Source: a virus
Length of the DNA: 64,000 nt
IMG/VR virus record: IMGVR_UViG_3300035698_006183
Coordinates: 24,797-88,796 of that record
Strand: one strand, 5' to 3'
Program-made: the position numbers and the translations under genes
Shown here: positions 1 through 8,642 of the stretch, one piece after another
Layout: every line of letters starts with the position of its first letter
How positions within the stretch are numbered: position 1 is the first letter of the stretch
The notes under the pieces: generated by a model
What the model saw: only the letters and a program-made list of their open reading frames with translations
Database searches by the model: none
What the model was told of the DNA's origin: nothing

Positions 1-2
1 AC

Positions 3-1565
3 ATTGGCCAATGGTCTAGGCCACAACGGGTGACTTTCCCTACGGCACACACGGCTACATATTTCCAGGCGGTTCAATCAGCTCTGGTTGTCTTGTTCCT
101 GTGTCGGCCAGATTTGGTAACAAAAGATGAATTGGTACAGCTCCTGACACCTCAGCAGATGACCAAAATAGATGGTGGCCAATTTATTGTTGAAGGGACG
201 GCAGATGAGAAGTGTGGATTAGAATCCCTGAAACAACTTCTTCGAGTGATGTACGACGGTGTGCATGGTCCAAGCCAGCAGTGGAAACGAAATGATTCCC
301 TCCCAGTAGATTTCAGAGTCTCCTTAGATAGACGAGTGCGGAAGTTTACCCAGGATTTATATGCTAAGACTGGGCCGATGTCTGAGATTGAGAAGTTCGT
401 GACCGAGAGTACCGAGAAACTCCGCAGTGTGAAATGGGGAGAGATTTTAGATGCTTCTGGTTTGTTCCCGAACAGTGACTTCACAGATGATTTCAAAGAG
501 GCCACTTTATTAGAAGCCCTCACTAATGATGCAGGTAAAGATACCACGTCTGGGCTGGCTGTTAATCCGTGGAGTATTGGTATCAAAGCTGATGATGCTC
601 TCATGAAAGATGGTTTGATTACAGGCCGTACCCCACAGATGTTTGAAGCCTCTACAGGTGATCCTGACGTAGTATTGAAACGGGAACTTCCAGCATCTGA
701 ACTGGCTGAGTACATAACAACACTCCCAGAGAATTACCGTGCCATATATGAAGCCAGCCCTATTGATGATGATAATGTTGTCAAAGTTTCTGATGAGAAC
801 TATAAGACGATGGAGGCTATGAAGAAAGGCCACAAAGAAGGCTCTGGTGACCGTTCTCCCGTCGTGTTCACAGATGTTGAGGGCATTAACCGAGTTATTG
901 CTGGCACGTCCAGTGGAGATGCTGCCAAGGCTTCTAAGATAGTCTTTGCTCGAAAACTCCTGGTAGAATATGAAGGTGGCCAGCTTATCCAAGAAGCCAA
1001 GATTGCTTTGGGCTTAGCAGGCAACCTTTGGAAACGAAATGATGATGGAGCATGGATTGCAATTCGATTCTTGGATGTAATGCCAGGCATTGATGATTTC
1101 CTTGAAACAATCCGTAACTGGGTTGAAGCTATCAAAGATGCCATCCAGTCCATCGTAGACACAATCGTTAAGTATATCGAATGGTTAGAAGCTCGTATCA
1201 TCGAGATTCAGCAACTGATTCGTCGTATCAATGCTCTCATCCAGTCCCTCCTGGGTCACTTATTCCAGGTGCCTGCATGTTCAGCTTTGATGTGTATCTC
1301 GAACGGAACAGACGGCTTAGTGTCTGACTTGACGGGTTCTCAGTACAAACCGAATGATGGACCCCTGGCTTATGGGGCTGGGGTTGCTTTGGTAGTTCCA
1401 TTCATGCCATCGTTTGTTTACGATTTATTATTGATGATATTCCAAAAACAAGATGGTGAGCCTGACGGTTCCTTGGGTGGGACTGACCCACCAGCAGGAA
1501 TCCCGTTAGAAGGTTTACCAGGGGCACCTGACGAATCTCAGGATGACCCACCTGACGTATTATAG
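3..1565 (+). CDS. Virion structural protein, 5'-partial (frame is open from position 3 and runs off the window)
   Basis: No stop codon upstream of the GTG at 30. C-terminal helical/coiled-coil segment. First gene of the structural operon. Confidence 0.6.
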   Translation: MGQWSRPQRVTFPTAHTATYFQAVQSALVVLFLCRPDLVTKDELVQLLTPQQMTKIDGGQFIVEGTADEKCGLESLKQLLRVMYDGVHGPSQQWKRNDSLPVDFRVSLDRRVRKFTQDLYAKTGPMSEIEKFVTESTEKLRSVKWGEILDASGLFPNSDFTDDFKEATLLEALTNDAGKDTTSGLAVNPWSIGIKADDALMKDGLITGRTPQMFEASTGDPDVVLKRELPASELAEYITTLPENYRAIYEASPIDDDNVVKVSDENYKTMEAMKKGHKEGSGDRSPVVFTDVEGINRVIAGTSSGDAAKASKIVFARKLLVEYEGGQLIQEAKIALGLAGNLWKRNDDGAWIAIRFLDVMPGIDDFLETIRNWVEAIKDAIQSIVDTIVKYIEWLEARIIEIQQLIRRINALIQSLLGHLFQVPACSALMCISNGTDGLVSDLTGSQYKPNDGPLAYGAGVALVVPFMPSFVYDLLLMIFQKQDGEPDGSLGGTDPPAGIPLEGLPGAPDESQDDPPDVL

Positions 1566-1574
1566 GAGGTTTCC

Positions 1575-2441
1575 ATGAGTTCTTTTGATAAAATGGTATC
1601 GTGGCCAGTTGGTTATTTCAGAGCAACTACCAGTTGGCTTCTTCGAAACCGAAAAGAAATCGGGGCACGTATTGATACTATCAATGCTGAGATTGACCGT
1701 ATTGGTCATGTGTCTGTTGAGTATGCAGCTTCAACTTCGGAAGAAGGAGAGCTGACAGAAACCAGGACAGCCATCTCAGTTACGGCTGATTCAAATGTTG
1801 GGCGGTTGATGCAGGCTTATGTGGCCAACGGAGGTAATCCTTTCGACATCTCCCCGTTCATGCACCCCCAAGAAGGTTATCCTCACGGTGGTGTGGTTGC
1901 TCCACAGTCGGTAGATGATAACGAAGACAAACAGCCCGTCATGTTGAAGAATGAAGATGGGACAGATAGTGTTGACTCTGGTTATGGTCCCTCGATGGGT
2001 GGTTGGATGAAGACCGACAGGTATTATGCAGCCCGACAGGGAGGACGTACTTCCCAGGGAAGTTTTGATGCTGATACTGTCCTCACAGGAATGGACTTGG
2101 TTCGTAAATGGGCAAATAAAGAAATTAAAGAACGTCTCCAGGATATGGAGTGGAGGGTTATCAAACAGTGTGATTTACGTGAGCAGTTGATTAAGGAACG
2201 TGATGAAGTTCTCGTCACTGCTTTCGGTGGTGTAGTTGCTGGAGTTCCTGAGCCTGATGAAGGCCGATTTGACTCCAGCCTTCTGGTTCAAAATGTGGTT
2301 CAGGAAATGTATCAACTGATTTATCAGACGGATGAGACAGGTTTGGTGTCTTCTTTTGCTCCGAATCCTCTGGTTCCTCTATATGGGTTCACATTTAAGG
2401 ATGTGGCCTCAGAGATGAATCGGTTCGAAATGGGATGCTGA
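1575..2441 (+). CDS. Hypothetical virion/baseplate-associated protein (288 aa)
   Basis: AGGAGG RBS; located in the structural operon. Confidence 0.55.
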   Translation: MSSFDKMVSWPVGYFRATTSWLLRNRKEIGARIDTINAEIDRIGHVSVEYAASTSEEGELTETRTAISVTADSNVGRLMQAYVANGGNPFDISPFMHPQEGYPHGGVVAPQSVDDNEDKQPVMLKNEDGTDSVDSGYGPSMGGWMKTDRYYAARQGGRTSQGSFDADTVLTGMDLVRKWANKEIKERLQDMEWRVIKQCDLREQLIKERDEVLVTAFGGVVAGVPEPDEGRFDSSLLVQNVVQEMYQLIYQTDETGLVSSFAPNPLVPLYGFTFKDVASEMNRFEMGC

Positions 2442-2444
2442 CTC

Positions 2445-2460
2445 GGTGCAGTGCCTATAA
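2445..2460 (+). promoter_or_regulatory. Putative late promoter motif GGT-N8-TATAA
   Basis: Intergenic GGTgcagtgccTATAA; similar motifs at 17063, 25234, 39958 and 48047. Confidence 0.45.
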
Positions 2461-2495
2461 AAACCTACCAGTAGACCATAGGAGGAGTCCGTTGA

Positions 2496-3674
2496 ATGTC
2501 AAGAGAATTTCAAATAGCATGGCCATGTGACCACCGAACAATCGAAGAAGGAGTTCTTCTTGGTGATGACCGGCGTTCATTGCTTACCAGACAACCTATA
2601 GCGGGGTCTAAGACCGTCCGAGTGATGGTTAATGATGAGCTGTTTGTTCCGCTCGGTGGTTTGTATTCTCCTGCCCAACTTTACGGTTCTACTTCTGGTC
2701 CCTTCGACCTGACTGAAGGGGATGACACTCTGATAGTTGAAACCTCAGCAGGAACTTCAACTGTTTCTTTTGGAGTTACGGGTATTACTCGGCTGACTAC
2801 AGACCAGGTTATCCAGGAACTCCAAAGACAGCAATTCAATAGTGCCGTGGCTGAGAATATTAACGGCCACCTGGTCTTTTCTGACGGTTTAGTCGTCGGC
2901 CCTGACTCCTATGTAAAAGTTAGAGGTAAAGCTGCGGAATCCCTTGGTTTCGGTTCGGCAGAATGCAACAAAGGGGCCTCGAATCAACGTGGTGCCAGAG
3001 GGTTGCAGTTGTATCCGAGCTGGAATCTTTCAACTCGTCCTGACGATTTAGTAAACCGTTTCCCAGTATTTGATTACCCTGTGAGGGGAAATCCTCTGTT
3101 CAAGGTATCCTACACGGTTATCCCAGAGAGATGCCTTCGATGTGGTGGTTCTTACGTGGAAAACGATTATAGATATGGGATTGATGGCCAGTCAATCATG
3201 ATTGAAAACGAGAACTTACTGTACCAGGCGTGTTTGAAGATGCTCCTGACTGATATAGGTAGTAATCCTTATCATACGTGGTATGGAACCAAGATTATGA
3301 GCCGAATTGGAACGAAGGCCGTGTCTGGGGTGTCTATGTTGATTAGTGAAGATGTTCGGAATGCTCTGGCTCGTTACCAGTCCCAGCAGGTAGAGCAGGG
3401 GAAATACCAACCCGTGTCTCTGAAAGAACAGCTTTATTCGATTTTGAATGTCCAGGTTGTCCCTCATAAGCAGGACCAGACGACGTTCCTGATTGATGTG
3501 ACAGTTCGGAGTGCCTCGGGCGACCCTGTAACTTTGAGCATTGTATTTACGGCTCCTTCGGCAGTGGCTTTGATGGGGTCCAATGGACTCATGCTGGGAA
3601 CCGAATCAGTAGGGTTGGGTGATGATAGAGTGTTTCCTAATCAACTGAACCTTAACGGTGTTCCTACGGAGTGA
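2496..3674 (+). CDS. Baseplate wedge protein with C-terminal gp25/GPW-like domain
   Basis: C-terminal LYQACLKMLLTDIGSNPYHTWYGTKI...IDVTVRS matches the gp25 pattern; CxxC motif; immediately precedes baseplate J. Confidence 0.75.
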   Translation: MSREFQIAWPCDHRTIEEGVLLGDDRRSLLTRQPIAGSKTVRVMVNDELFVPLGGLYSPAQLYGSTSGPFDLTEGDDTLIVETSAGTSTVSFGVTGITRLTTDQVIQELQRQQFNSAVAENINGHLVFSDGLVVGPDSYVKVRGKAAESLGFGSAECNKGASNQRGARGLQLYPSWNLSTRPDDLVNRFPVFDYPVRGNPLFKVSYTVIPERCLRCGGSYVENDYRYGIDGQSIMIENENLLYQACLKMLLTDIGSNPYHTWYGTKIMSRIGTKAVSGVSMLISEDVRNALARYQSQQVEQGKYQPVSLKEQLYSILNVQVVPHKQDQTTFLIDVTVRSASGDPVTLSIVFTAPSAVALMGSNGLMLGTESVGLGDDRVFPNQLNLNGVPTE

Positions 3675-3678
3675 TAAT

Positions 3679-6600
3679 ATGACGACAGAAGATACAAGAA
3701 CACCTAAATTTTATGGACCTGACAACGTACTCCGCTCGGAATATATATTTTCGACGGACTTATCGTTTCGTGTATTCAATGGGACTGTTGATGCAGACAC
3801 TGTAGATGTGCAAGTTTCTCTGAGAAACGGAGCCTTCTCGTCTGACCCGGACTTGATTTCATTTGAGGGAACAACTTTCACAGTCCCGAACTCCGCAGCA
3901 TTTCCTGACGGCTTACAGCTTCTTCCGGGGGAAAACATTATTTCTGTTCGGGCAGTTATGTCCAATGGTGATACCTCTCCAATAGGAACCATCCAGGCAA
4001 ATCTTTCCTTGGAACGAGATGTCAAGGCTGGAGTCATTGCTCCCAGTGGTATCTATGTAGAACGTCTGGATAACAAAGTTCAAGTTTACGTGGATGGCCT
4101 TGAAGATGCCAACGTCACAGGTTACCAGTTCTATGCTTCAATAGAAGCTGGAGGTGGTGCCACAGGATACAAACGGATTTCAATAGGCCCTGTGATTTCT
4201 GGGGAAGTCTATGAGAAAATCACCCCTCTTGGGGAATTGGACATGGATGCTAACGTGGTCCGGACCGATGATGGCAGTCTGGCTTCCGAACCTCAATACA
4301 TTCATATGCTCAGCACTCAGGAAGACCGAACTGGAGTAGTTTTCCAGACTGATTTGAACCAACGTATCAGTATATCTGATACCACCACTCAATTCCGAGC
4401 CAACATCGTACTCGATGGAGTGCAGGAGTTGAATAGATTCTCGTTCATTCATAACCGTAAAGCTACGGCCAGCCTAACAGAAGCATACCCAGCAGTCCCA
4501 CACTCAGAATTCTCAGCCATGCTGGACACAGACCCTCTATATTATGTGGTGACCGCACTGTATATAATTGACGGGAAAGAGTACGAATCTTCTTACTCTC
4601 CTGAAGTCGGGGCAACCCCAATCATCGTGTCGCCTCTGGTATCGGCATTACCAACAGTATCCAGGCAGCAGATTGTCAAAGACGTGTCCTTGTCCATTTT
4701 CAGGTCACACCCTGAGCTGGATATTAAACCAGGCTCAATGATTCGTGATACTTTCGTGGACCCGTTCTCCAGTGAAGCTGAACGTATTCGTTTCATCTTG
4801 AACTTCGTCCAAACTTGCCAGGCATTCTCGACACTGTTAGACGTTGATGACCCGAACAACACAGGTCAATCTATCACGGTGAACAACTCACCGTTCAAAT
4901 TAGCTTTGAAGCAGGCTTTCTATCTGCAATCCAATACCGATGTGCAGAATATGATTGACAATGCTTTCGATAAACTGGCCTCTCAGAGAGGAGTCGTCCG
5001 AAACATTGGGCGTCGTTCTCGTGGTGAGGTTGTAGCTTACGTTACAACTAAGCCAGTGACTTCAATCTTCATCCCTCTGGGGACAATTGCCTATGCAGGC
5101 AGTCAGCAATTCAGAACAACTTCCAGTGGTTACATCACTTCGACTGGGATTGGGTCTTCATACGACCCAGTTACTGGCCGATACTTCACCAGATTATACG
5201 TCCAGGCTGTGAATCCTGGGGGTGCTGGCAATGTAGCTGGTGGGCAGATTCGTGCATTCCAGAGTGGCCCACAGGGTGTTCTCTGTTATAACGATGTTCC
5301 AACCTATGGTGGACGTGACCTTGAAACTAACCGTCAGTTGGCCACTCGGGCCGACGGAGCATTATCAGGTGTAGATACGGGAACTTACCGTGGATACGTG
5401 CAGACCACAAATAACATCAGTGGGGTGCAAGAGTCTACCGTGGTAGATGCTGGCCATTCTCTGATGCTTCGAGATATCAACCCTGAAACCAACCAACACA
5501 CAGGTGGTAAAGTGGATGTGTGGGTACGGGGTGAAAACCTGGCTTCCATCCAGGATAGCTTTGCATTCTCTTTCGAGATTGTGGACAGTGGCCAGTTTGA
5601 ACCGGTTGGTGCCATTCAAGACCTCAAGTTCAGAGCTGTTAATGCCAATCTTTCCATAGATAATCCTATTATGGAGATGTTGGATAACGAAGCCTGGGGC
5701 TTCATGTTCACGGATGACACAACGGGCAAAGTATTTGATTTGACCGACGTTGAAGTTCTGACGTTTGATACCATACAATTATCCTCTGCTCTCAATGACC
5801 CGACCAACATTGCCCTGACAGATGTGTTCCGTGGGTCTTACCGTTACCGAACCAGTAACAAGTATGTGTTCCAACGTCAGCCTGTACGGTCAGTGACCAG
5901 TTTGGTCGGGACAACCCAGAATGTGGACGAGGGCTATTTCAAATTGTTTGCAGGCAGCCAGCCTTTAGACCTGGGACGTTCTACTGAGTCCGGGGATTAT
6001 TTGCAGGTTGTGCAGCCTGTTGGGGATTACATTCAGATTCCTTCAGGTGAGCCTATTGAAGTGTCGGATGAACGGCATGTGCTTTTGGAAAGTACTGAAT
6101 ACCTGGATAACTTGGGAATCAATCCCATCACTGTTCGGGTGTACAATGTAGAGAGAACCATCGAATATTACGGCCCATATCATCCTGACGTGGAGCCTGA
6201 CTTCACATTTGTGGATGAAGTAGGGGATTACCCTCTGGGAATTCTGCCCACCTCCCTAAGCCGAATGGTTGAGGGTCAGGAAGTGGCCGTGGATTATAGC
6301 CACGATGAGAACTTTGTCGTGACCTACCAAGTCAACTCTTTGATTGGGACAACCCAAGAAGATTTAGATGATACTCGGAACATCATGGCCGATGTATTGG
6401 CCAAAGATTCCCTCCCGATTGGTGTAGATATCACAGCTACCATCGTGACCAAGAAGAACAACAGCGTTTATGTAGTGGATAGTGATGTTCGGACGGAATT
6501 AGCTCGGTTGTTTGGGACTTTCAACCTGGGAACTCCTGTACGGCAATCTGACGTACTTGGAGCCCTAGAGCTTGTCGAGGCTGTTTCCTATGTCGTTGTA

Positions 6601-7197
6601 CCTCTGACGAAGATGACGCGTACAGACGGCTCTCAGGCTCTCCTGGAACGTGTTCTGACAGACACCGAGATAGACTATGAGGAAATCACTGAATGGTCCA
6701 CAGACTTGGTGGGTATTTACATTTTGAAGAACCAATTGGAATCAGGAACTGCCAACGGCGGTGGTGAATTTAATGAGACAAAGGGAGTGTACCAGGGCTA
6801 CACTTTGCTGGAAACCTACGATACAACTCCCGACTCTCACGGAGTTCCTCTGAACCGAACAGAAAACGGGGCTTACATCATTGGAAATGAGGGGATGACC
6901 ATCCCAGGGTATAGTGATGATGCTACTCTGAAAACCATGTATCCGTTTGCTTCTGATGCTGAACTCGTTGAACACAGAGTAGAAATTACAGCCAACCGAG
7001 TTCTCGTGGCATTGCCGACAGCGGATACTCCTTTAGATCAGGTTTACCAGGTAACATACGTTGTGTCTGGTGACACAGGTGTGAAGAATATTAACCCGGA
7101 CCCGATTCAATATTTACAGTTGGGTGATTTGGACTTCACGTATGATGAAGACCCTGATTTCTCATCCTTAGTTAGTGGTGGAAGACGGAGTAGTTGA
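3679..7197 (+). CDS. Baseplate J-like wedge protein with N-terminal Ig/FN3-like extensions (~1172 aa)
   Basis: DIKPGSMIRD, FDKLASQRGVVR, VQAVNPGGAGNV, GGRDLETNRQL and GGKVDVWV are typical baseplate J motifs. Start moved to ATG 3679 after GGAG. Confidence 0.85.
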   Translation: MTTEDTRTPKFYGPDNVLRSEYIFSTDLSFRVFNGTVDADTVDVQVSLRNGAFSSDPDLISFEGTTFTVPNSAAFPDGLQLLPGENIISVRAVMSNGDTSPIGTIQANLSLERDVKAGVIAPSGIYVERLDNKVQVYVDGLEDANVTGYQFYASIEAGGGATGYKRISIGPVISGEVYEKITPLGELDMDANVVRTDDGSLASEPQYIHMLSTQEDRTGVVFQTDLNQRISISDTTTQFRANIVLDGVQELNRFSFIHNRKATASLTEAYPAVPHSEFSAMLDTDPLYYVVTALYIIDGKEYESSYSPEVGATPIIVSPLVSALPTVSRQQIVKDVSLSIFRSHPELDIKPGSMIRDTFVDPFSSEAERIRFILNFVQTCQAFSTLLDVDDPNNTGQSITVNNSPFKLALKQAFYLQSNTDVQNMIDNAFDKLASQRGVVRNIGRRSRGEVVAYVTTKPVTSIFIPLGTIAYAGSQQFRTTSSGYITSTGIGSSYDPVTGRYFTRLYVQAVNPGGAGNVAGGQIRAFQSGPQGVLCYNDVPTYGGRDLETNRQLATRADGALSGVDTGTYRGYVQTTNNISGVQESTVVDAGHSLMLRDINPETNQHTGGKVDVWVRGENLASIQDSFAFSFEIVDSGQFEPVGAIQDLKFRAVNANLSIDNPIMEMLDNEAWGFMFTDDTTGKVFDLTDVEVLTFDTIQLSSALNDPTNIALTDVFRGSYRYRTSNKYVFQRQPVRSVTSLVGTTQNVDEGYFKLFAGSQPLDLGRSTESGDYLQVVQPVGDYIQIPSGEPIEVSDERHVLLESTEYLDNLGINPITVRVYNVERTIEYYGPYHPDVEPDFTFVDEVGDYPLGILPTSLSRMVEGQEVAVDYSHDENFVVTYQVNSLIGTTQEDLDDTRNIMADVLAKDSLPIGVDITATIVTKKNNSVYVVDSDVRTELARLFGTFNLGTPVRQSDVLGALELVEAVSYVVVPLTKMTRTDGSQALLERVLTDTEIDYEEITEWSTDLVGIYILKNQLESGTANGGGEFNETKGVYQGYTLLETYDTTPDSHGVPLNRTENGAYIIGNEGMTIPGYSDDATLKTMYPFASDAELVEHRVEITANRVLVALPTADTPLDQVYQVTYVVSGDTGVKNINPDPIQYLQLGDLDFTYDEDPDFSSLVSGGRRSS

Positions 7198-8585
7198 TGG
7201 CAGACCAACCACAAGATAAAAATCTATTTCCATCATCTATCCCTCAGAATCCTTCACCTCTGGGAGATAGTCAGAATAGGAAGAATGCTGTCCGTAGCCA
7301 GGTAGACCGGATTATGTCGGCCTTCATGAAAGTGTTGCCGAGTAACTACGTGTCTCAGGTATCAGGACCATTCTATAATCTCCAGTTCCAGGCAGCTGCT
7401 GAGGAAATTGCCAACATTCAGATTACAGCCCAGGAAACAATGGCTGATGCTTTCACCGACTACACCCGACCAGAGTTCCTCTGGCAGATTGTGGGTTCAT
7501 TGGTGTTCCCCGATGCCAAGACAGATGGCTGGCCAGACCTTGAGGGTGATTTAACCTATCGTGACTTCCTTCAACGAATGGTTCTCCTGCTCCTTCAAGG
7601 AGCCAAACCCTCTGTGATTAAGGACGGAATAGAACTGCTGACCGATGCCACCGTTGAGGTTATCGAGCGGGGTGTAGAAGCTCGGAAACTGAAGGGTACG
7701 TCAGCTTGGGGTGTTGATGACCAGTTCACATTTGAAATCAACATCAGTGAAGAAGCAGGGACAGTGGAGATTGATGGGGAGGAAGTTGTCCTCAACCGAT
7801 TCCCTACAGAAGAACCTTTCAATCTGGCCAGAAACATCCAGATTGTTTTGCGGGCTTTGAAGCCTGGCCATACTCTCTATGATTACAGGCACTTATTCTT
7901 CGACAGCTTTAATCATCTGTTCACAGATACATGGTCTTCTGAGTTCACGACCTATTATTACCAGGACTTCCGAAGGTTCTGGCTAGGTGCCAAAAATGTG
8001 ACAGGGACAGAGGGTAAAACTCTCTTAGACCGTGCATTGTTTACGGATGCTACCCGAGATTTCACATCCATCCAGCCTGGAGCCATCTTGACAATCTTAG
8101 ATGGTCCAAACTCTGAGCACATTGGGGATGCAGAAGGTATTCCTGTCCAGGTAGAGGAGGATTACACGGGGAACTTCAGAGTAGAAGAAGTTTTATTCTT
8201 CCCAGTTGGAGATGATGCCGTACCACGAGCGTACACGACCTCACCGACAGGGTTGTCTGGAACGGCCACTGTGATGGGTGATATATTAGAAGACCCCTTT
8301 CAATCGTGGGAGAATGCAGCCGAGGGAGAAATTCTGACTTTTACCACGGGACCTAATTCTGGTTCTTATCGTTTAAAAACTTTAGTTGGGACTTTTGGCG
8401 GACCTGTAGGGTTTGCTGAAGGGCCAGCTACTAAAGTGAAAATAGCACCGAGTATCCTACGTTTACACCGTAGAATGTCTCAGTCAGGTGAGTCTCAGGC
8501 TTATAAAGTTGAGGTTGACAGACTGGGAATGCAGACACCCCGACGAGTTGAGGGTGAGGATGCCACTGTCTTTTTTATCAGGTGA
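7197..8585 (+). CDS. Baseplate wedge protein, P2 gpI-like
   Basis: YRDFLQRMVLLLLQGA...IELLT and LRALKPGHT (KPAH-like) motifs; follows the J-like gene with an overlapping TGATG. Confidence 0.7.
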   Translation: MADQPQDKNLFPSSIPQNPSPLGDSQNRKNAVRSQVDRIMSAFMKVLPSNYVSQVSGPFYNLQFQAAAEEIANIQITAQETMADAFTDYTRPEFLWQIVGSLVFPDAKTDGWPDLEGDLTYRDFLQRMVLLLLQGAKPSVIKDGIELLTDATVEVIERGVEARKLKGTSAWGVDDQFTFEINISEEAGTVEIDGEEVVLNRFPTEEPFNLARNIQIVLRALKPGHTLYDYRHLFFDSFNHLFTDTWSSEFTTYYYQDFRRFWLGAKNVTGTEGKTLLDRALFTDATRDFTSIQPGAILTILDGPNSEHIGDAEGIPVQVEEDYTGNFRVEEVLFFPVGDDAVPRAYTTSPTGLSGTATVMGDILEDPFQSWENAAEGEILTFTTGPNSGSYRLKTLVGTFGGPVGFAEGPATKVKIAPSILRLHRRMSQSGESQAYKVEVDRLGMQTPRRVEGEDATVFFIR

Positions 8586-8642
8586 CGTGGTTTTCGGTTG
8601 ATACTCATCCTCTTACAGAGGTGTTTTGATTAAGGAGATACC

